A stretch of 47,202 nt of DNA from a virus (taxonomy: Duplodnaviria > Heunggongvirae > Uroviricota > Caudoviricetes): positions 1 through 47,202 of the IMG/VR virus record IMGVR_UViG_2861038214_000003, one strand, 5' to 3'. The notes beneath the pieces are model-generated. The model was given only the letters and a program-made list of their open reading frames with translations, had not been told where the DNA came from and did not search any database. Each line of letters opens with the position of its first letter. Positions within the stretch are counted from its first letter, which is position 1. Below, piece by piece: positions 41,439 to 47,202 of the stretch. The position numbers and the translations under genes are program-made.

Positions 41439-41714
41439 ATGATTACCAATTATGAAGCCACTGTTGTAACTACCGATGACATTGTTCACGAGGTGAATCT
41501 GGAAGGAAAGCGCATTGGCTACGTAATTAAAACAGAAAATAAAGAAACCCCATTCACTGTGGTTGATATCGATGGTCCATCAGGCAACGTAAAAACACTT
41601 GATGAAGGTGTCAAAAAAATGTGCCTGGTGCATATCGGAAAGAATCTGCCCGCAGAAAAAAAAGCCGAATTTCTGGCAACTCTAATTGCAATGAAATTAA
41701 AAGGTAAAATCTGA
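41439..41714 (+). CDS. racC: RacC
   Basis: AGGAG RBS; MITNYEATVVTTDDIVHEVNLEGKRIGYVIK.. (91 aa). Confidence 0.8.
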   Translation: MITNYEATVVTTDDIVHEVNLEGKRIGYVIKTENKETPFTVVDIDGPSGNVKTLDEGVKKMCLVHIGKNLPAEKKAEFLATLIAMKLKGKI

Positions 41715-41815
41715 AAGAAATAGCCTGCGTATGGCGCAGGCTATGAACAGTGTGTATCCGGCAAGATCATTCACTGAACAAAACGAATTTTAATCTGAGT
41801 TGAGGTTAAAAAACA

Positions 41816-44416
41816 ATGAGCACAAAACCACTCTTCCTGTTACGGAAAGCGAAAAAATCATCCGGTGAACCTGACGTCGTCCTGTGGGCAAGCAACGATT
41901 TTGAATCGACCTGTGCCACTCTGGACTACCTGATCGTTAAGTCAGGTAAAAAACTGAGCAGCTATTTTAAAGCTGTTGCCACGAATTTTCCTGTCGTTAA
42001 TGACCTGCCCGCTGAAGGTGAGATCGATTTTACCTGGAGTGAACGCTATCAACTCAGCAAAGACTCCATGACATGGGAACTAAAACCGGGAGCAGCACCA
42101 GACAACGCTCATTATCAAGGCAATACCAACGTCAACGGCGAAGACATGACTGAGATTGAGGAGAATATGCTACTCCCAATTTCTGGCCAGGAACTGCCCA
42201 TTCGTTGGCTTGCTCAACACGGCAGCGAAAAACCGGTAACGCACGTTTCACGCGACGGACTCCAGGCATTACACATTGCTCGGGCTGAAGAACTACCGGC
42301 TGTTACTGCCCTGGCTGTTTCCCACAAAACCAGCCTGCTCGACCCGCTGGAAATTCGCGAACTCCACAAACTGGTTCGTGACACTGACAAAGTTTTCCCT
42401 AATCCTGGTAATTCAAACCTGGGACTGATAACTGCTTTTTTCGAAGCATACCTGAACGCTGACTACACCGATCGAGGACTGCTGACAAAAGAGTGGATGA
42501 AGGGTAATCGTGTTTCACACATCACTCGCACGGCTTCCGGTGCTAATGCTGGCGGCGGAAACCTCACCGATCGCGGCGAAGGTTTCGTACACGATCTGAC
42601 GTCACTGGCGCGCGACGTAGCCACTGGCGTACTGGCCCGTTCAATGGATCTGGACATCTATAACCTTCATCCGGCACACGCTAAACGCATTGAGGAAATT
42701 ATCGCTGAAAATAAACCGCCCTTTTCTGTTTTCCGCGACAAATTCATCACCATGCCTGGCGGGCTGGATTATTCCCGCGCCATCGTGGTTGCGTCCGTAA
42801 AAGAAGCACCAATTGGGATCGAGGTCATCCCCGCGCACGTCACTGAATATCTGAACAAAGTACTGACTGAAACCGATCATGCCAACCCTGATCCGGAAAT
42901 CGTGGATATTGCCTGCGGTCGCTCCTCTGCCCCGATGCCGCAGCGAGTAACAGAAGAAGGAAAACAGGATGATGAAGAAAAACCGCAACCATCTGGAACA
43001 ACGGCAGTTGAACAGGGAGAGGCTGAAACAATGGAACCGGACGCAACTGAACATCATCAGGACACGCAGCCGCTGGATGCTCAGTCACAGGTAAATTCTG
43101 TTGATGCGAAATATCAGGAACTGCGGGCAGAACTCCATGAAGCCCGGAAAAACATTCCATCAAAAAATCCTGTCGATGCCGATAAATTGCTTGCTGCATC
43201 ACGTGGTGAATTTGTTGACGGAATTAGCGACCCGAACGATCCGAAATGGGTAAAGGGGATCCAGACTCGCGATTGTGTGTACCAGAACCAGCCAGAAACG
43301 GAAAAAACCAGCCCAGATATGAATCAACCTGAGCCAGTAGTGCAACAGGAACCGGAAATAGCCTGCAATGCCTGCGGCCAGACTGGCGGGGATAACTGCC
43401 CTGACTGTGGTGCGGTGATGGGCGACGCAACATACCAGGAAACATTCGATGAAGAGAGTCAGGTTGAAGCTAAGGAAAATGATCTGGAGGAAATGGAAGG
43501 CGCTGAACATCCGCACAATGAGAATGCTGGCAGCGATCCGCATCACGATTGCAGTGATGAAACTGGCGAAGTCGCAGATCCCGTAATCGTAGAAGACATA
43601 GAGCCAAGTATTTATTACGGAATTTCGAATGAGAATTACCACGCGGGTCCCGGTATCAGTAAGTCTCAGCTCGATGACATTGCTGATACTCCGGCACTAT
43701 ATTTGTGGCGTAAAAATGCCCCCGTGGACACCACAAAGACAAAAACGCTCGATTTAGGAACTGCTTTCCACTGCCGGGTACTTGAACCGGAAGAATTCAG
43801 TAACCGCTTTATCGTAGCACCTGAATTTAACCGCCGTACAAACGCCGGAAAAGAAGAAGAGAAAGCGTTTCTGATGGAATGCGCAAGCACAGGAAAAACG
43901 GTTATCACTGCGGAAGAAGGCCGGAAAATTGAACTCATGTATCAAAGCGTTATGGCTTTGCCGCTGGGGCAATGGCTTGTTGAAAGCGCCGGACACGCTG
44001 AATCATCAATTTACTGGGAAGATCCTGAAACAGGAATTTTGTGTCGGTGCCGTCCGGACAAAATTATCCCTGAATTTCACTGGATCATGGACGTGAAAAC
44101 TACGGCGGATATTCAACGATTCAAAACCGCTTATTACGACTACCGCTATCACGTTCAGGATGCATTCTACAGTGACGGTTATGAAGCACAGTTTGGAGTG
44201 CAGCCAACTTTCGTTTTTCTGGTTGCCAGCACAACTATTGAATGCGGACGTTATCCGGTTGAAATTTTCATGATGGGCGAAGAAGCAAAACTGGCAGGTC
44301 AACAGGAATATCACCGCAATCTGCGAACCCTGTCTGACTGCCTGAATACCGATGAATGGCCAGCTATTAAGATATTATCACTGCCCCGCTGGGCTAAGGA
44401 ATATGCAAATGACTAA
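41816..44416 (+). CDS. recE: Exodeoxyribonuclease VIII (RecE)
   Basis: 866 aa, the same length as K-12 RecE as I recall it; C-terminal nuclease domain ..[35 protein letters not shown]... Confidence 0.9.
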   Translation: MSTKPLFLLRKAKKSSGEPDVVLWASNDFESTCATLDYLIVKSGKKLSSYFKAVATNFPVVNDLPAEGEIDFTWSERYQLSKDSMTWELKPGAAPDNAHYQGNTNVNGEDMTEIEENMLLPISGQELPIRWLAQHGSEKPVTHVSRDGLQALHIARAEELPAVTALAVSHKTSLLDPLEIRELHKLVRDTDKVFPNPGNSNLGLITAFFEAYLNADYTDRGLLTKEWMKGNRVSHITRTASGANAGGGNLTDRGEGFVHDLTSLARDVATGVLARSMDLDIYNLHPAHAKRIEEIIAENKPPFSVFRDKFITMPGGLDYSRAIVVASVKEAPIGIEVIPAHVTEYLNKVLTETDHANPDPEIVDIACGRSSAPMPQRVTEEGKQDDEEKPQPSGTTAVEQGEAETMEPDATEHHQDTQPLDAQSQVNSVDAKYQELRAELHEARKNIPSKNPVDADKLLAASRGEFVDGISDPNDPKWVKGIQTRDCVYQNQPETEKTSPDMNQPEPVVQQEPEIACNACGQTGGDNCPDCGAVMGDATYQETFDEESQVEAKENDLEEMEGAEHPHNENAGSDPHHDCSDETGEVADPVIVEDIEPSIYYGISNENYHAGPGISKSQLDDIADTPALYLWRKNAPVDTTKTKTLDLGTAFHCRVLEPEEFSNRFIVAPEFNRRTNAGKEEEKAFLMECASTGKTVITAEEGRKIELMYQSVMALPLGQWLVESAGHAESSIYWEDPETGILCRCRPDKIIPEFHWIMDVKTTADIQRFKTAYYDYRYHVQDAFYSDGYEAQFGVQPTFVFLVASTTIECGRYPVEIFMMGEEAKLAGQQEYHRNLRTLSDCLNTDEWPAIKILSLPRWAKEYAND

Positions 44417-45218
44417 GCAACCACCAATCGCAAAAGCCGATCTGCAAAAAACTCAGGGAAACCGTGCACCAGCAGCAGTTAAAAATAGCGACGTGATTAG
44501 TTTTATTAACCAGCCATCAATGAAAGAGCAACTGGCAGCAGCTCTTCCACGCCATATGACGGCTGAACGTATGATCCGTATCGCCACTACAGAAATTCGT
44601 AAAGTTCCGGCGTTAGGAAACTGTGACACTATGAGTTTTGTCAGTGCGATCGTACAGTGTTCACAGCTCGGACTTGAGCCAGGTAGCGCCCTCGGTCATG
44701 CATATTTACTGCCTTTTGGTAATAAAAACGAAAAGAGCGGTAAAAAGAACGTTCAGCTAATCATTGGCTATCGCGGCATGATTGATCTGGCTCGCCGTTC
44801 TGGTCAAATCGCCAGCCTGTCAGCCCGTGTTGTCCGTGAAGGTGACGAGTTTAGCTTCGAATTTGGCCTTGATGAAAAGTTAATACACCGCCCGGGAGAA
44901 AACGAAGATGCCCCGGTTACCCACGTCTATGCTGTCGCAAGACTGAAAGACGGAGGTACTCAGTTTGAAGTTATGACGCGCAAACAGATTGAGCTGGTGC
45001 GCAGCCTGAGTAAAGCTGGTAATAACGGGCCGTGGGTAACTCACTGGGAAGAAATGGCAAAGAAAACGGCTATTCGTCGCCTGTTCAAATATCTGCCCGT
45101 ATCAATTGAGATCCAGCGTGCAGTATCAATGGATGAAAAGGAACCACTGACAATCGATCCTGCAGATTCCTCTGTATTAACCGGGGAATACAGTGTAATC
45201 GATAATTCAGAGGAATAA
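44409..45218 (+). CDS. recT: Recombinase RecT (single-strand annealing protein)
   Basis: [26 protein letters not shown].., 269 aa; start overlaps the recE stop. Confidence 0.9.
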   Translation: MTKQPPIAKADLQKTQGNRAPAAVKNSDVISFINQPSMKEQLAAALPRHMTAERMIRIATTEIRKVPALGNCDTMSFVSAIVQCSQLGLEPGSALGHAYLLPFGNKNEKSGKKNVQLIIGYRGMIDLARRSGQIASLSARVVREGDEFSFEFGLDEKLIHRPGENEDAPVTHVYAVARLKDGGTQFEVMTRKQIELVRSLSKAGNNGPWVTHWEEMAKKTAIRRLFKYLPVSIEIQRAVSMDEKEPLTIDPADSSVLTGEYSVIDNSEE

Positions 45219-45274
45219 TTCAGCCTGGCGGTGTAATGCACCGCCAACTTGAAATATTTTTTATGAGAAAAATT

Positions 45275-45469
45275 ATGAGATATGACAATGTTAAACCATG
45301 TCCATTTTGTGGTTGTCCATCAGTAACGGTGAAAGCCATTTCAGGATATTACCGAGCGAAGTGTAACGGATGCGAATCCCGAACCGGTTATGGTGGAAGT
45401 GAAAAAGAAGCACTCGAAAGATGGAATAAACGAACCACTGGAAATAATAATGGAGGTGTTCATGTATAA
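45275..45469 (+). CDS. ralR: RalR, type I toxin (DNase)/restriction alleviation protein
   Basis: MRYDNVKPCPFCGCPSVTVKAISGYYRAKCNGCESRTGYGGSEKEALERWNKRTTGNNNGGVHV (64 aa). Confidence 0.85.
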   Translation: MRYDNVKPCPFCGCPSVTVKAISGYYRAKCNGCESRTGYGGSEKEALERWNKRTTGNNNGGVHV

Positions 45470-45671
45470 AATTACCGCCACTATTGAAAAGGAAGGTGGC
45501 ACTCCTACTAACTGGACAAGATATTCAAAATCTAAACTAACGAAATCAGAATGCGAAAAAATGCTCTCAGGTAAAAAAGAAGCAGGCGTTTCCAGAGAGC
45601 AGAAAGTAAAACTGATAAATTTTAATTGCGAGAAACTTCAGTCCTCGAGAATTGCATTGTATTCAAATTAA
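45462..45671 (+). CDS. ydaC: YdaC-like small protein
   Basis: GGAGG RBS; MYKITATIEKEGGTPTNWTRYSK.. (69 aa); start overlaps the ralR end. Confidence 0.7.
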   Translation: MYKITATIEKEGGTPTNWTRYSKSKLTKSECEKMLSGKKEAGVSREQKVKLINFNCEKLQSSRIALYSN

Positions 45672-45682
45672 AACTTCATAGC

Positions 45683-45698
45683 TGATTATTAATAATCA
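45683..45698. promoter_or_regulatory. Perfect 16-bp palindrome TGATTATTAATAATCA upstream of xis-int
   Basis: Read directly; sits in the intergenic gap between ydaC-like and the excisionase-like gene. Confidence 0.3.
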
Positions 45699-45725
45699 AC
45701 ATCGGGCGTCAATTTCAGTCTAACA

Positions 45726-45965
45726 TTGGCGCCTGCCAGAGGTGATGCGTTGGCACAAGTAATCTTTAATGAAGAGTGGATGGTTGAATACGGCCTGATG
45801 CTTCGCACTGGTCTGGGGGCCAGACAAATTGAAGCATACCGCCAGAACTGTTGGGTGGAGGGCTTCCACTTCAAACGAGTATCTCCTTTAGGTAAGCCAG
45901 ACAGCAAACGAGGGATTATCTGGTACAACTATCCAAAGATAAATCAGTTTATCAAAGACTCATGA
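45726..45965 (+). CDS. Excisionase-like protein (start uncertain)
   Basis: Small ORF immediately upstream of and abutting the integrase. Confidence 0.55.
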   Translation: MAPARGDALAQVIFNEEWMVEYGLMLRTGLGARQIEAYRQNCWVEGFHFKRVSPLGKPDSKRGIIWYNYPKINQFIKDS

Positions 45966-45966
45966 T

Positions 45967-47202
45967 ATGTCTAAATTACCAACAGGTGTCGAGATTAGAG
46001 GTAGATACATTCGCATCTGGTTCATGTTTCGAGGAAAACGATGTCGGGAAACATTAAAAGGCTGGGAGATTACAAACAGTAATATTAAAAAGGCCGGAAA
46101 TTTAAGAGCGCTGATAGTTCATGAAATAAACTCCGGTGAATTTGAGTATTTAAGACGTTTTCCCCAGTCCAGCACTGGGGCAAAAATGGTGACAACGAGA
46201 GTCATAAAAACGTTCGGAGAGCTTTGTGATATCTGGACAAAAATTAAAGAGACAGAGTTAACAACAAACACAATGAAGAAAACGAAATCACAATTAAAAA
46301 CACTCAGAATAATAATTTGTGAAAGTACCCCGATATCACATATTCGTTATAGCGATATCTTAAACTACCGGAATGAACTGCTGCATGGAGAAACGCTTTA
46401 CCTGGATAATCCAAGATCCAACAAAAAAGGAAGAACCGTGCGCACAGTTGATAACTATATCGCCCTGCTCTGTTCGCTGTTGCGTTTTGCGTATCAGTCG
46501 GGATTTATATCAACCAAACCATTTGAAGGAGTAAAAAAATTACAGCGAAACAGAATAAAGCCTGATCCGTTATCTAAAACAGAATTCAATGCATTAATGG
46601 AAAGTGAAAAAGGACAGAGCCAGAACTTGTGGAAATTTGCCGTTTACTCAGGACTTCGTCACGGGGAACTGGCAGCTCTGGCGTGGGAGGATGTGGATCT
46701 CGAAAAGGGAATAGTGAATGTCAGAAGAAACCTGACGATACTTGATATGTTCGGTCCCCCAAAAACAAATGCCGGGATCCGAACAGTAACACTACTGCAG
46801 CCTGCTCTTGAAGCACTGAAGGAGCAATACAAACTGACCGGGCATCATCGCAAAAGCGAAATCACCTTTTATCATCGGGAGTACGGCAGAACCGAAAAGC
46901 AAAAACTGCATTTTGTTTTCATGCCCAGGGTGTGTAACGGAAAACAAAAACCTTATTACTCGGTAAGCAGTTTGGGGGCAAGGTGGAATGCAGCAGTAAA
47001 ACGTGCTGGTATTCGCCGCCGTAATCCGTACCATACGCGGCATACTTTTGCCTGCTGGCTGTTGACGGCAGGAGCGAACCCGGCATTTATAGCCAGCCAA
47101 ATGGGGCATGAAACTGCGCAGATGGTGTATGAAATTTACGGTATGTGGATTGATGACATGAACGACGAACAGATAGCCATGTTGAATGCGCGGTTATCGT
47201 AG
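45967..47202 (+). CDS. intR: Tyrosine-type site-specific integrase
   Basis: 411 aa; C-terminal catalytic region ..HTRHTFACWLLTAGANPAFIASQMGHETAQMVYEIYGMW..; stop codon is the last triplet of the window. Confidence 0.9.
   Translation: MSKLPTGVEIRGRYIRIWFMFRGKRCRETLKGWEITNSNIKKAGNLRALIVHEINSGEFEYLRRFPQSSTGAKMVTTRVIKTFGELCDIWTKIKETELTTNTMKKTKSQLKTLRIIICESTPISHIRYSDILNYRNELLHGETLYLDNPRSNKKGRTVRTVDNYIALLCSLLRFAYQSGFISTKPFEGVKKLQRNRIKPDPLSKTEFNALMESEKGQSQNLWKFAVYSGLRHGELAALAWEDVDLEKGIVNVRRNLTILDMFGPPKTNAGIRTVTLLQPALEALKEQYKLTGHHRKSEITFYHREYGRTEKQKLHFVFMPRVCNGKQKPYYSVSSLGARWNAAVKRAGIRRRNPYHTRHTFACWLLTAGANPAFIASQMGHETAQMVYEIYGMWIDDMNDEQIAMLNARLS

Noticed and set aside
42463-44314. Several minus-strand ORFs (64-147 aa) inside recE
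   Set aside because: All are antisense to the RecE reading frame and lack RBSs.

Overview
The window is almost entirely one Rac-like lambdoid prophage of Escherichia coli, far more complete than the defective Rac of K-12. Reading left to right: a tail fibre assembly (tfa) remnant and a side tail fibre carrying its own C-terminal chaperone domain; lom; the lambda-like tail module (J, I, K, L, M, tape measure, G/G-T with a -1 frameshift site, tail tube); a non-lambda head and packaging module; two unassigned cargo genes (ParB-like nuclease domain protein and a possible GT-A-like protein); the AT-rich trkG moron; a lysis cassette (holin, lambda R-like endolysin, Rz/Rz1); a Q-like/nin block; an opposite-strand cargo island; the replication module (ydaS/T/U/V-like) with a candidate internal origin; the racR-like immunity region flanked by an inverted repeat carrying outward promoters; and the early-left operon (ydaG/ydaF, sieB, kilR, ydaE, racC, recE, recT, ralR, ydaC, xis-like, intR). 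The best candidate for an undescribed system is the cargo island at 31.8-35.2 kb: an OLD-family ABC-ATPase/TOPRIM nuclease co-oriented with a Dcm-type C5-cytosine methyltransferase, next to a hok-like type I toxin and a 28-aa hydrophobic peptide, inserted convergently into the delayed-early operon. All calls rest on reading the sequence and ORF translations and on recalled similarity to known proteins; no database search or computation was run.
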